Assembly: GCA_030532305.1 (NCBI GenBank)
Contig: JAUNLJ010000005.1
Location: 8,820 to 72,819, forward strand
Source: Tissierellia bacterium
GTDB taxonomy: Bacteria; Bacillota; Clostridia; Tissierellales; Peptoniphilaceae
Direction: 5' to 3'
DNA: 64,000 nucleotides
Below the pieces are notes generated by a model that was not told where the DNA came from, did not search any database, and saw nothing but the letters and a program-made list of their open reading frames with translations. Every line of letters begins with the position of its first letter. Positions within the stretch are counted from its first letter, which is position 1. This document shows, one piece after another, positions 28,375 through 40,497 of the stretch. The position numbers and the translations under genes are program-made.

Positions 28375-28935
28375 CTACCGGCTCATAAAATCAATGAGTT
28401 GGGGTCCAATCCTATCTCGGTTTTCTGCTAAAATATCCTCGTATTTATAGTTGTAGTTGACCCGGTCGTTAAAGAGAACAAAGCCACTGTCTACCCAGTT
28501 TTCTTCGTCTATAGTCAGGTCTAGGCCAGCCTCTTTTAGGGCCCCTAACCTGTCTTTGGGGATCCGGATGGCCAGTTTTTCTTCCTCTAGGCCTTCCAGG
28601 GCCTGTCTTATTTCTTCAATGAAGTCCTCATCAGACTTCTTGTTCATTTTTTCAAGGGCCAGGTCAAAAATCTTCTGGATAAAGTCTTGGCTTTCCTTAA
28701 GTCTTTGGTCCCTTAGCCTAAGCTCCACATTGTCATAGATCTGATTGTAGGCGTTTCTAGCATCATAGTCTCCTGTCTCCAGAATCCGCGCTTCTTCTTT
28801 TTTAGCCTGGCCTAGGATCTTGTCCCTAATGGCCTGAACCTCTTCTTGGGCCTGACTATCTATGCGGTCTATTTCGGCCCCAGCCTCGGCTTTTAATTTA
28901 CTGACAATATTGTCTATGTTGTTTGCCATAGTCAT
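28375..28935 (-). CDS. ntpE: V-type ATP synthase subunit E
   Basis: Charged coiled-coil N-terminus and globular C-terminus. Position fits. Confidence 0.8.
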   Translation of the reverse strand: MTMANNIDNIVSKLKAEAGAEIDRIDSQAQEEVQAIRDKILGQAKKEEARILETGDYDARNAYNQIYDNVELRLRDQRLKESQDFIQKIFDLALEKMNKKSDEDFIEEIRQALEGLEEEKLAIRIPKDRLGALKEAGLDLTIDEENWVDSGFVLFNDRVNYNYKYEDILAENRDRIGPQLIDFMSR

Positions 28936-28946
28936 CCCATTCCCTA

Positions 28947-31371
<2,425 letters not shown>

Positions 31372-31372
31372 T

Positions 31373-31684
31373 TCAAATCACGATCCTTTCTAAGACAAAG
31401 TCCACAGCCTGGTCCAGCTGGTCCTTAGATAGGCTGCGGAACTTTTCAAACTCCAACTCTCCTTCTTTCAGCTTTTTTGTGGCCAGGTCTTCTGCTTCTT
31501 GGCTCTTTCTTTCAATTTTCTCTTGGGCCTGGGCTCGGGCTCGGTCTAGGATGGTCTTGGCCTCTTTTTCTGCCTCTAAACGGCTATCCCTTACGAGACG
31601 CTGGGCTCGGTCTTCTGCCTCCTTGACCTCTTTTTCCAAAGTGTTTTCCAGGTCCTTTATATCCTTGATTGAATCAATTATCAA
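31373..31684 (-). CDS. ntpF: V-type ATP synthase subunit G/H-like (E. hirae NtpF equivalent)
   Basis: 103 aa highly charged helical protein. It is the first gene of the operon. TTG start after GGGGGTGAG. Confidence 0.7.
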   Translation of the reverse strand: MIIDSIKDIKDLENTLEKEVKEAEDRAQRLVRDSRLEAEKEAKTILDRARAQAQEKIERKSQEAEDLATKKLKEGELEFEKFRSLSKDQLDQAVDFVLERIVI

Positions 31685-31756
31685 TGGCTCACCCCCTAAA
31701 CAAAATAAGAAAAATCTTATTGTCCGAAAAATACAAAATATTAATCTTCTGCCTTC

Positions 31757-31785
31757 ATTTTATCAGAGGGCAAGGGCCATTTCAA
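31757..31785 (-). promoter_or_regulatory. candidate V-ATPase operon promoter
   Basis: Minus strand reads TTGAAA, 17 nt spacer, TAAAAT. Confidence 0.4.
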
Positions 31786-31991
31786 GAAAAAACATTTTCT
31801 TAACAATCCTAAACAGGGATAGGTAAATAGACTTATTTTAAATTTCTCCTCCTTCTAAGACCTTCAAGATCTTTAAATTACAGGCTTTTCCTCCCATGTC
31901 TTTTTTCCCTTTCTTTTGTTATCTTTCTTTTTATCTTTGGGAAATGATTTCCTCCCTTTCCCCTTGTCCCCCTTCTCCCTATTTTCCCCAT

Positions 31992-32026
31992 AAAAAAAGC
32001 CCCAACAAGGTCTTCCCTTGTTGGGG
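31992..32026 (-). terminator. terminator downstream of tRNA-Phe
   Basis: GCCCCAACAAGG-TCTTC-CCTTGTTGGGG hairpin. A7 on plus gives U7 on minus. Confidence 0.8.
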
Positions 32027-32044
32027 TCTTACTTTTATTTAGGT

Positions 32045-32120
32045 TGGTGCCCAGAGCCGGAATCGAACCAGCGACACGTGAATTTTCAGTCCACTGCTCT
32101 ACCGACTGAGCTATCTGGGC
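32045..32120 (-). tRNA. tRNA-Phe (anticodon GAA), CCA encoded
   Basis: Reverse complement is GCCCAGATAGCTCAGTCGGTAGAGCAGTGGACTGAAAATTCACGTGTCGCTGGTTCGATTCCGGCTCTGGGCACCA. Confidence 0.9.
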
Positions 32121-32154
32121 ACTTAAAATACCTAACTAATATCTTACCCAGTTT

Positions 32155-33033
32155 TTACCTGTTTGTCAAGATCTCTTGTAAATCTTCTTCATTTAATTGA
32201 TAGGACGTCTTGCAGAAATAGCAGGATATCTCTGCCCCGTGGTCTTCATGGATCATTTCCTTGATGTCCTCGTCAGGCAGGGAGGCAATGGAGTCAATGA
32301 CCTTTTCCCGGCTGCACTCACACTGGAAGAAGACGGGCTCCTCATGGATTATCTCCATGTCAAAGGAGGGAACCAGGGCCTTTAAGAGCTCTTCTAGGTC
32401 CATGCCCTCTTCCAGGAACTTGGTGACAGACTGGATCCCCTCCAGGTCCTTTTCCAGCTGGCTAATGGTCTCTTCCTTAACTCCAGGAAGGAGCTGGATA
32501 ATAAAGCCCCCGGCCTGTTTCACACTTAGGTCCTTGTCCACCAGGACCCCTAGGCCCACGGCAGAGTTAACCTGTTCAGACTGGTTAAGGTAGTAGGCCA
32601 CGTCTTCGGCAATTTCTCCGTTGACCAGCTCGACCCTTCCCTCGTAGGCCTCCTTGAGGCCCAGGTCCATGACCACCTGCAAACTTCCCTTGTGGCCCAC
32701 AAGACCCCCAACGTCTAACTTCTTGTCTGCCCGGGAGGGTCTATCAGCCTGGGGATGGTCTACATAGCCCTTGACCTGGCCCTTGTTGTGGCCTGTGACC
32801 ACAATCCGGCCCAGGTCCCCATCTCCTAGGATGTTAAGGGTCAGGCTGTCTTCCTTGTTCTTGAGGTTGGCCCGTAGGAGGAGGCCTGCTAAGAGGCTTC
32901 TTCCCAGGGCAGCCGTGGCTGTCTTGGAGGTCTGGTGGATCTGCCGGGCCTCCTCTACTAAGTCTTTGCCTATCACTAGGTGGGCCCGGATGGACCCGGT
33001 CTTATCTATGGCGCGTATTAATCTATCTGTCAT
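32155..33033 (-). CDS. hslO: redox-regulated chaperone Hsp33
   Basis: C-terminal zinc centre CECSREK...CYFCKTSY and the typical Hsp33 N-domain. Confidence 0.9.
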   Translation of the reverse strand: MTDRLIRAIDKTGSIRAHLVIGKDLVEEARQIHQTSKTATAALGRSLLAGLLLRANLKNKEDSLTLNILGDGDLGRIVVTGHNKGQVKGYVDHPQADRPSRADKKLDVGGLVGHKGSLQVVMDLGLKEAYEGRVELVNGEIAEDVAYYLNQSEQVNSAVGLGVLVDKDLSVKQAGGFIIQLLPGVKEETISQLEKDLEGIQSVTKFLEEGMDLEELLKALVPSFDMEIIHEEPVFFQCECSREKVIDSIASLPDEDIKEMIHEDHGAEISCYFCKTSYQLNEEDLQEILTNR

Positions 33034-33779
33034 ACATCCTCCTTTTTTATAAAATAAACAATCCGTCCGGCCTGGCTTAGGTCCTCTTCCTGGCTATAGC
33101 CCTGGGTCATTTTTAGGATCCTTAGCCCGGCCTTTTGGACAAGCTCTCTAATCTCTTCTATAGAATAGGTGTATTCTTCATGGCTTTCAGAAAAGCGCCG
33201 GTAGAGGCCCCCTTCTTCTTCCAGGAAAAAATCCAGATCGTAATAGTTTATACCCAAATCCCTATCAAAATGATTGTCCCAGGCTAAAAAAACCCCTTCT
33301 TTTTCTTGTAAAAAGACCTGGTCTCCATAATTTTTTTCAAAGCCATGGGCTGTATTTAGGTCCATAATAAAAAGCCCATCTTGCTTTAAGTGCTTTTGTA
33401 CCTGGACCAGGGTCCTAAAAATTTTGTCCTTGTGGTCCAGGTAGTTCATGCTGTCGCACAGGCAGAGGATAAGGTCGTAGGTCCTATCTAGCCGGAAGGT
33501 CTCCATGTCCATCTGGAAGAGCCGGACCCCCTCCCGGTGGCCTAGCTTGGCCTGGGCCAGGGCCAGCATATCTGGGGACAGGTCAAAGGCATCTAGCTGG
33601 CCCCAGCCTGATAAAAAGCAGCTTAAGCTGCCTGTTCCACAGGCCATTTCCAGGATAGATGCCTCTTCTTTCTTAGGATGGTCCCAGACCTGGTCGATAA
33701 AATGGAAGACCCCCTCATAGTCGTAGTCTTCCATAAAGTCGTCATAGATCCAGGCAAAATTTCCATAGACCTTAGACAT
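33030..33779 (-). CDS. class I SAM-dependent methyltransferase
   Basis: ILEMACGTGSLS SAM-binding motif I. Confidence 0.7.
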   Translation of the reverse strand: MSKVYGNFAWIYDDFMEDYDYEGVFHFIDQVWDHPKKEEASILEMACGTGSLSCFLSGWGQLDAFDLSPDMLALAQAKLGHREGVRLFQMDMETFRLDRTYDLILCLCDSMNYLDHKDKIFRTLVQVQKHLKQDGLFIMDLNTAHGFEKNYGDQVFLQEKEGVFLAWDNHFDRDLGINYYDLDFFLEEEGGLYRRFSESHEEYTYSIEEIRELVQKAGLRILKMTQGYSQEEDLSQAGRIVYFIKKEDV

Positions 33780-34506
33780 AAAGGCCCATCGCTTTCAAAA
33801 TCTCTTCTAGGGTCTGGCCAGCCCCCCTATGAATAACCACCTCTGCCCGGGTGTCAAAGGGGGTGGGCTCTTGGTTGATAATAATCAAATGGTCCACATA
33901 CTGGGGCAGGTAGGCCACGGGCATCACCTGGAGGCTAGACCCTATAATCAGCATGGTGTCTGCCCGTTCTACTGCCCCTAGGGCTGCCTCAAAGGCTGGG
34001 GGCATGGGGTCTCCAAACATGACCACATTGGGCCTTAGGGGGCGGCCACATTCAGGGCACTGGGGCGGAATAACCCCCTTTTCCACCTGGTCCTTCATGA
34101 CCTGGAAGTCCCCCTGGTAGGCGCAGGCCGTGCACCGGACTCTCCGGGTTTCTCCATGGACCTCATAGACCTCCTTAGACCCGGCCTTGGTGTGGAGGTT
34201 GTCTATATTTTGGGTGATGATTTCCTTAAGGTAACCTTCCTCCTGGAGGCGGCTTAGGGCCAGGTGGCCTGGGTTGGGTTTTTTCTGGGCCAGGTTGTCT
34301 AAAATCCGGTAGCCCTCCCTGTAAAAGCGGCGGGGATTTCTTTCTAGGACCTCCCTAGACAGGGCATCTTCTGGCATGGTCTCATAGATCCCCCGGTTAG
34401 ACCTAAAGTCTGGAATCCCAGACTCTGTAGACATGCCGGCCCCAGTTAGGGCCACCATATACTTGGCTTTTTTTATAAGATCGGCTGCTCTTTTAACGTC
34501 CTCCAT
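33772..34506 (-). CDS. cobB: NAD-dependent protein deacylase (sirtuin, CobB-type); start corrected to MEDVK
   Basis: GAGMSTESGIPDFRS, QNIDNLH, and zinc ribbon CTACAY...CPECG. GGGAGGAG lies 4 nt before the ATG at 34506. Confidence 0.85.
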   Translation of the reverse strand: MEDVKRAADLIKKAKYMVALTGAGMSTESGIPDFRSNRGIYETMPEDALSREVLERNPRRFYREGYRILDNLAQKKPNPGHLALSRLQEEGYLKEIITQNIDNLHTKAGSKEVYEVHGETRRVRCTACAYQGDFQVMKDQVEKGVIPPQCPECGRPLRPNVVMFGDPMPPAFEAALGAVERADTMLIIGSSLQVMPVAYLPQYVDHLIIINQEPTPFDTRAEVVIHRGAGQTLEEILKAMGLYV

Positions 34507-34520
34507 TTTTCTCCTCCCTT

Positions 34521-35390
34521 TCAATAGAGACAAAATACAAGATAAACGATGATAAGAAGCCCTAGGGGGGCAAACTCCTTGGCCTTCCAGCCTACCCTGG
34601 GTTGGCTAATACGGTGGCCCTTGGAGAGAAAGATCAAACTCTTTAAAAATAAATAGATACAAAGGAGCAAGAGAGCTCCGGCCAAAAGGCCAGAGATCCA
34701 GGCCCCTATCCCTGAAAGGGCCTGGGCCAGGCCTTCAAAGAAACCTGGCTTATAGAAAAAAATCAGGCTAATACTTAAAAAATTATGGAAGAGGTGGCCT
34801 ATAATCACCAGAAACAAGCTCCGGGTGGTATAGTAGATCAGGCCCAAGATAACCCCAATTAAAAAGGGGGACACCAGACTTTGAAGGTCAAAGTGGAAGA
34901 TGGCAAAGACCAAGGCCGATAGGGGGACTGACCAAATTCCAAACCGCTGGCTGTAGATATCTTGGACACTCCCCCTAAAAAAGGTCTCCTCCATAAGGGC
35001 TGGGACCCAGGCCAAAAAAAAGATCTGGCCCAGATAGGACCTATCCTCCCCCCTTAGCCAGACCAGGGTATCGTGGGTCAGGTCCACATGGCCCGATATA
35101 AAGCCCAAAAAGGCACTGTTAATGATCAAAATAATGGGAAAGGCGGCTAAAATAGCCACCAGGGTCCAGACCAGGTCCTTAAAAAGGACAAAGGTCTGGC
35201 CTGGCCTCTCCCTATAGAGCCTTCTTAAGACCAGGCCCGGTATAAAGATAAAGGCCAGTTCATTTAAAAAAAGGCCCGGATAGACCCCCCACCTGGCAAA
35301 AATAGGTCCAAAGGATAAATAGAGGACCCCCAAAATAAGGATAAGCAGGTGGAAGCTAAATAGGGGCAAAGAGGCCTTAGTCTTCATCAT
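34521..35390 (-). CDS. CPBP family intramembrane glutamic endopeptidase
   Basis: LMEETFFRG, AIFHF and GHLFHNF motifs. Polytopic. Confidence 0.75.
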   Translation of the reverse strand: MMKTKASLPLFSFHLLILILGVLYLSFGPIFARWGVYPGLFLNELAFIFIPGLVLRRLYRERPGQTFVLFKDLVWTLVAILAAFPIILIINSAFLGFISGHVDLTHDTLVWLRGEDRSYLGQIFFLAWVPALMEETFFRGSVQDIYSQRFGIWSVPLSALVFAIFHFDLQSLVSPFLIGVILGLIYYTTRSLFLVIIGHLFHNFLSISLIFFYKPGFFEGLAQALSGIGAWISGLLAGALLLLCIYLFLKSLIFLSKGHRISQPRVGWKAKEFAPLGLLIIVYLVFCLY

Positions 35391-35910
35391 CTATATAGGC
35401 ATAGATATAGGGAATGTTCCGGTAGTGGGCCCCGTAGTTTAGGCCATAGCCTACAATAAAGAGGTCTGGAATCCTAAAGGCCACATAGTCTGGGTCAATC
35501 TCCACCTGCCGCCTGTCTGGCTTGTCTAAAAGAACACAGGTCTTTAAGGAGGCCGGCTTCATGGCCCCAATGTGGTCCACCACCTGGCTTAGGGTGTGGC
35601 CAGTGTCGGCAATATCATCCACAATCAAAACATGACGGCCTTCCACCGGGGCCCTCAGGTCATGAAAAATTTTGACCTCTCCTGAAGAAATTTCCCTGTT
35701 TTCATAGGAAGAGGTGGTTAAAAAGTCCACTTCCATAAGGGAGTCCATTTCCCGAATGAGGTCAGCTAAAAAAATAAAGGACCCCCTAAGTAGGCCTATG
35801 ACCAGGAGGTCTTTGCCTTCATAGACCTTATCTAAGTCCTTAGCCAGCTCCCTAATCCTTTCCATAATAGTTTCTCTTGAGTATAAAATCTTTTCCTTTT
35901 TATTGTCCAT
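35377..35910 (-). CDS. hpt: hypoxanthine phosphoribosyltransferase; start corrected to MDNKKEK
   Basis: LLVIGLLRGSFIFLADL and PRPP loop VLIVDDIADTGHTL. GAGGAGGG lies 8 nt before the ATG at 35910. Confidence 0.9.
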   Translation of the reverse strand: MDNKKEKILYSRETIMERIRELAKDLDKVYEGKDLLVIGLLRGSFIFLADLIREMDSLMEVDFLTTSSYENREISSGEVKIFHDLRAPVEGRHVLIVDDIADTGHTLSQVVDHIGAMKPASLKTCVLLDKPDRRQVEIDPDYVAFRIPDLFIVGYGLNYGAHYRNIPYIYAYIDDED

Positions 35911-36006
35911 TTTCCTGGCCCTCCTCATATTCTTATCCCTATTATAGCAGAAGCTTGCTGTTTTTTTAAGGGACTGTGTTATAATTTAAGAAGATGAGGT
36001 GATGAT

Positions 36007-36510
36007 ATGAAAAAGGATCTCCAAACCTTGGCTCAATATAAACTAGTCCTCCTTTATATCCTGGAAAATGAGCCCACCCCCTTTACTAACGACAGTTTTA
36101 CTACCTATGTCCTAAAAAATGACATCATGAATTATTTTTACTTTAAGCAGTACCTAATGGAACTGGAGGCCAGTGGCCTAATCGAGGAAAATGACCAGGC
36201 CTTGCTCCAGGTCACGGAGTCTGGAAAAGAAGCCCTGGGCTATTTTTCCCACAGTATTGCTAAAAAACTTTTAAATAAGGCCCACCAGGCCCAGGAAGAC
36301 AAGGAAGAGACCCCCTTTGAAAACTTCTCTGGCTCCTTTATCCCTCCTGGCCAGCTGGAGCTTTTGGCCTACAACCAAGACCAGGTGGTCTTCCACCTAA
36401 CCCTCCCTGTAGAGGGCCAAGACCAGGCCCAAAGAATCATTGAAAACTTTAAGGCCCAGGGCAAAAAAGCCGTGGACCATGTCCTGGACTATTTAGACCC
36501 GGAAAAATAA
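36007..36510 (+). CDS. DUF4364 family protein (putative winged-helix protein)
   Basis: YKLVLLYILENEPTPFTNDSFTTYVLKNDIMNYFYFKQYLMELEASGLIE resembles DUF4364 from memory. Confidence 0.5.
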   Translation: MKKDLQTLAQYKLVLLYILENEPTPFTNDSFTTYVLKNDIMNYFYFKQYLMELEASGLIEENDQALLQVTESGKEALGYFSHSIAKKLLNKAHQAQEDKEETPFENFSGSFIPPGQLELLAYNQDQVVFHLTLPVEGQDQAQRIIENFKAQGKKAVDHVLDYLDPEK

Positions 36511-36557
36511 AAGGCAGTTGGCCTCCTTCAGGAGCCGCCTGCCTTTTTTGATGGTCT

Positions 36558-39203
36558 TTATTGTTTTTTCCTAGCCTTGGCCAGGTTGTCTTTAATCTGT
36601 TCTAGCATACCCTGGTATTTTTCCAGCCGGTCCCTTTCCTTTTGGACTACAGGCTGGGGCGCCTTCTTGACAAAGTTATCGTTGGAAAGCTTCTTCTGGG
36701 CCAGGTCAATTTCCTTTTGGATCTTTTCCTCTTCTTTTTCCAGCCGGGCCACTTCTTTTTCAAAGTCCACCAGGTCCCGCATGGGCAAGAAGAGTTCTGC
36801 CCGGTCCACCACTACAGCAATGGCATCCCCAAGACTTTCTGGGTCCTGGATTTCTTCCAGGTCGGTCATCTTGGCCAGGCTTTGGAGGTGGCGGGTATTT
36901 TTCTTAAAGAGGTCCACCATGGCCTGGTCCCCACTGTGGATATAGACCATGCTCTTCCTGTGGGGTTCGATATTCATTTCTGAGCGGGCATTTCGTATGC
37001 TCCTGATGGCCTTTTGCAAATAGGCCATGTCCCCTTCTTCCTTGGGGAAGTGCCAGGCCTCTAGGGCTTCAGGCCAGGAGGCTAAGATCAGGTCGGTCTC
37101 TCTTTGGGGCAGGAAGGACCAGATTTCTTCGGTAATAAAGGGCATAAAGGGGTGGAGGAGTTTTAGGATGTCTTCTAAAACTTGGACCAAGACCTGGTAG
37201 GCCCCCTCCCTTGCCTCTGGGTCTTCCCCGTAAAGACGGGGCTTGACCATTTCAATATACCAGTCACAGTAGTCATCCCAAATAAAGTCGTGGATGGCAT
37301 CGGCGGCCAGGCCAATATCATACCTGTCTAGGCGTTTTCCAGCCTCTTCTATGGTGGCCCGGGTCCTAGAGAGGATCCACTTATCTTCTAGCTCTAGGGC
37401 CTCCTCCTCTAGGGGCTTAAGGGCAAAGTCTTCTGGTAGGTTCATAAGGACAAACCGGGCGGCATTCCACAGCTTGTTGGCAAAGTTCCGGCTGGCCTCC
37501 ATCCGCTCTGTAGAAAACCGGGTGTCGTTACCGGGAGATGTCCCGGTCACCAGGGTAAAGCGAAGGGCGTCAGCCCCGTACTGGTCGATGACTTCTAGGG
37601 GGTCAATCCCGTTGCCTAGGCTCTTGGACATCTTCCGACCCTGGTCGTCTAGGACCAGGCCTGTTAGATAGACATCGGTAAAGGGGACTTCTCCAGTGGC
37701 CTCCAGGGCAGAGAAAACCATCCGGACCACCCAGAAGAAGATAATGTCATAGCCGGTGACCAGGGTGTTGGTGGGATAGAAATACTTAAAGTCTTCTGTT
37801 CCCTTGGGCCAGCCTAGGGTTGAATAGGGCCACAGGGCAGAGGAGAACCAGGTGTCCAGGGTGTCCTCATCTTGCTTAATATTTTGGGACCCACAGGCCT
37901 GACAGGCCTCCTCTTTGCTCTTGGCTACCATGATTTCCCCACAGTCCTGGCAGTAGTAGACAGGAAGTCTGTGGCCCCACCAAAGCTGCCTAGAAATACA
38001 CCAGTCCCGGATATTTTCTAGCCAGTGGCTATAAATCTTCCCAAAACGTTCCGGAACAAATCTTAGCCGGCCATCCTGGTAGGCCTCTAGGGCTGGCTTG
38101 GCTAGGGGGGCCATCTCGACAAACCACTGCTTGGATAAAAGGGGCTCAATGACTGTCCCACACCGTTCACAGTGGCCCACAGCATTGTTGTGGTCCTTGG
38201 CTCCGGCATAGAAACCGGCGGCCTCAAAGTCTGCTATAATGGCCTTTCTGGCCTCGTACCGGTCCATGCCCTGGTACTTGCCTGCATTTTCATTGAGCTT
38301 GGCCTCTTCATCGATGACCTTTAACTGGCCCAAGTCGTGCCTTTCCCCCACTTCAAAGTCGTTGGGGTCATGGGAGGGGGTAATCTTAACGGCCCCAGTC
38401 CCAAATTCCATATCCACATAGGCATCGGCAATAATGGGGATCTCCCGGTCCAAAATAGGTAGGCGGACATATTCCCCCACCAGGTCCTTGTATCTTTCGT
38501 CTTCCGGGTGGACTGCCACGGCCAAGTCCCCAGGAATAGTTTCAGGCCGGGTGGTGGCAATTTCAATATATCCCTCTCCCTTAACTAGGGGGTACCTAAA
38601 GCTCCAGATATGGCCCTGGTGGTCCTCATGGTCTACCTCTGCATCAGAAATAGCTGTTCCACAGGAGGGACACCAGTTGATAATCCGGTCCCCCTGGTAG
38701 ATGAGGCCCTTGTCATAATAATCCACAAAGGTTTCTAAAACTGCCTCAGACACGTCCTCATCCAGGGTGAACTTCTCCCGGGACCAGTCACAAGAGACCC
38801 CCAGCTCCATAAGCTGGTTCTTAATATTGCCCCCGTATTCCCGGGTCCAATCCCAGGCTGCTTCCAGGAACTTTTCCCGGCCCAGGTCATCCTTGGTCTT
38901 GCCTTCTTTTTTTAGCTTGTCCACCACCCGGGCCTCTGTGGAGATAGAGGCATGGTCCATGCCAGGAACCCAAAGGGCGTTAAAACCCGCCATCCGCTTG
39001 TAGCGGATTAAAATGTCCTGCAGGGTGTTGTTCATGGCGTGACCCATGTGCAGGTTCCCCGTTACATTTGGAGGGGGCATGGTAATGGTATAGGGCTTCT
39101 TATTTTCATCAACTTCTGGCCTAAAGGCCCCAGACTCCATCCAAGCCTGGTAGTGCTTTTTCTCAAAGTCCTTGGGCTGATAGACCTTGTTCATCTCTGG
39201 CAT
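36558..39203 (-). CDS. valS: valine--tRNA ligase; start corrected to MPEMNKVYQPK
   Basis: HMGH (NVTGNLHMGHA) and KMSKS motifs and a C-terminal coiled coil. AAGGAGG lies 7 nt before the ATG at 39203. The track start at 39278 runs into the T-box terminator. Confidence 0.95.
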   Translation of the reverse strand: MPEMNKVYQPKDFEKKHYQAWMESGAFRPEVDENKKPYTITMPPPNVTGNLHMGHAMNNTLQDILIRYKRMAGFNALWVPGMDHASISTEARVVDKLKKEGKTKDDLGREKFLEAAWDWTREYGGNIKNQLMELGVSCDWSREKFTLDEDVSEAVLETFVDYYDKGLIYQGDRIINWCPSCGTAISDAEVDHEDHQGHIWSFRYPLVKGEGYIEIATTRPETIPGDLAVAVHPEDERYKDLVGEYVRLPILDREIPIIADAYVDMEFGTGAVKITPSHDPNDFEVGERHDLGQLKVIDEEAKLNENAGKYQGMDRYEARKAIIADFEAAGFYAGAKDHNNAVGHCERCGTVIEPLLSKQWFVEMAPLAKPALEAYQDGRLRFVPERFGKIYSHWLENIRDWCISRQLWWGHRLPVYYCQDCGEIMVAKSKEEACQACGSQNIKQDEDTLDTWFSSALWPYSTLGWPKGTEDFKYFYPTNTLVTGYDIIFFWVVRMVFSALEATGEVPFTDVYLTGLVLDDQGRKMSKSLGNGIDPLEVIDQYGADALRFTLVTGTSPGNDTRFSTERMEASRNFANKLWNAARFVLMNLPEDFALKPLEEEALELEDKWILSRTRATIEEAGKRLDRYDIGLAADAIHDFIWDDYCDWYIEMVKPRLYGEDPEAREGAYQVLVQVLEDILKLLHPFMPFITEEIWSFLPQRETDLILASWPEALEAWHFPKEEGDMAYLQKAIRSIRNARSEMNIEPHRKSMVYIHSGDQAMVDLFKKNTRHLQSLAKMTDLEEIQDPESLGDAIAVVVDRAELFLPMRDLVDFEKEVARLEKEEEKIQKEIDLAQKKLSNDNFVKKAPQPVVQKERDRLEKYQGMLEQIKDNLAKARKKQ

Positions 39204-39224
39204 TTTTTTCCTCCTTATGACTAT

Positions 39225-39435
39225 AAAAAAACCTCGCCCGATAAGGACGAGGATTCGTGGTACCACCTTAATTCCCATGGCTAGGCCATGGCTTAATGCA
39301 AACTAACCCCTGCCGGGGAAAAACATGTGTAAAAAGCGACCTTGGCAAGGGCCAAGCATGGTTTGCACCCACCACCATGTCTCTAGACTTGACTGACCTG
39401 CTACTCCTCTTTTTCTGTTTTTACCATATTTATAG
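39225..39435 (-). promoter_or_regulatory. T-box leader (tRNA-sensing riboswitch) controlling valS
   Basis: Minus strand carries the T-box sequence AAUUAAGGUGGUACCACGAA, then terminator CCUCGUCC-UUAUC-GGGCGAGG plus U7 (39225-39252). GUC triplets occur in the stem I region. Confidence 0.85.
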
Positions 39436-39437
39436 TT

Positions 39438-39466
39438 ATTATATACAAAATTCAATCCTTTGTCAA
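39438..39466 (-). promoter_or_regulatory. consensus sigma-A promoter of the valS leader
   Basis: Minus strand reads TTGACA, 17 nt spacer, TATAAT. Confidence 0.65.
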
Positions 39467-39501
39467 GTCCCCCAGGGACTGGCCAGCCCCTGTCCAGGGG
39501 C

Positions 39502-40497
39502 CTAACCTTCAATAAAGCCGATCTTCTTGTGGACCTTTCTTAGGGTCTTGTTGGCCAGGTAGCGGGCCTTTTCGCCCCCCTCCTTGTAGATCTTTTCTAG
39601 GAGGGCCTTGTCTTGGCGGAATTCCTTAAAGCGGCCTTGGATGGGCTCTAGGACCTCTACCACGGCCTGGGCGGTGTCTTCCTTGAGGGCCCCATAACCT
39701 AGGCTTTCATAGTCCCTTACAATGTCCTCTACAGACTTCTTGGAGAAAGAGGCATAGATATCAATAAGGTTTTTTAGGCCCGGTTGGTCCTCACTATAAG
39801 TCACCTGGCCCAGGGAGTCGGTGACGGCCCGTTTGATCTTCCTTCTAATGGCATCGGGTTCATCTAAGACCAGGATGTAACCATTTTCATCTGGGTCTGA
39901 CTTACTCATCTTAGAAGTGGGGTCTTGGAGGCTCATAATCCGGGCCCCCACCTTAGAGGATAGCATCTCGGGTAGGACAAAGGTGGGGCTATAGCGGTGG
40001 TTAAAGCGTTCAGCCAGGTCCCGGGTCAATTCAATATGCTGCCTTTGGTCTTCCCCCACAGGAACCAGGTCAGCCTGGTAGAGAAGGATGTCTGCCGCCA
40101 TAAGGACTGGATAGTTTAAAAGGCCGGCATAGATCTCCTTGGACTTCTTGGCCTTGTCCTTGTACTGGGTCATCCGGTTGAGTTGGCCCAGGGAGGTAAT
40201 GGTGTTTAGGACCCAGCCCAGCTGGACGTGCTGGGGCACATGGGACTGGATATAGATAATGGCCTTGTCAGGGTCTAGTCCACAGGCTAAGTATAGGGCT
40301 AAGACGTCTAGGGTGTTTTTCCTAAGCTTGGCTGGCTCTTGCTCTACGGTAATGGCATGTTGGTCCACTACGCAATAGAGGCAGTCATAGTTTTCTTGAA
40401 GCTCGGCAAAATTGCTTAGGGCCCCAATGTAGTTGCCTATGGTCAAGGACCCAGAGGGCTGGATCCCAGAATACACTATCTTTTTTTTCTCTGTCAT
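39502..40497 (-). CDS. trpS: tryptophan--tRNA ligase
   Basis: IVYSGIQPSGSLTIGNY (HIGH-region equivalent) and KMSKS. Confidence 0.95.
   Translation of the reverse strand: MTEKKKIVYSGIQPSGSLTIGNYIGALSNFAELQENYDCLYCVVDQHAITVEQEPAKLRKNTLDVLALYLACGLDPDKAIIYIQSHVPQHVQLGWVLNTITSLGQLNRMTQYKDKAKKSKEIYAGLLNYPVLMAADILLYQADLVPVGEDQRQHIELTRDLAERFNHRYSPTFVLPEMLSSKVGARIMSLQDPTSKMSKSDPDENGYILVLDEPDAIRRKIKRAVTDSLGQVTYSEDQPGLKNLIDIYASFSKKSVEDIVRDYESLGYGALKEDTAQAVVEVLEPIQGRFKEFRQDKALLEKIYKEGGEKARYLANKTLRKVHKKIGFIEG

Noticed and set aside
33772-34506. SIR2-domain protein as a possible anti-phage defence component
   Set aside because: It is a short canonical sirtuin with a zinc ribbon (CobB type). It sits in a housekeeping operon (methyltransferase, hslO) with no partner effector, HerA, Ago or TIR genes.
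39296-39512. Two overlapping 69-aa ORFs on opposite strands between trpS and valS
   Set aside because: The region is the valS promoter plus T-box leader RNA. Neither ORF has an RBS.
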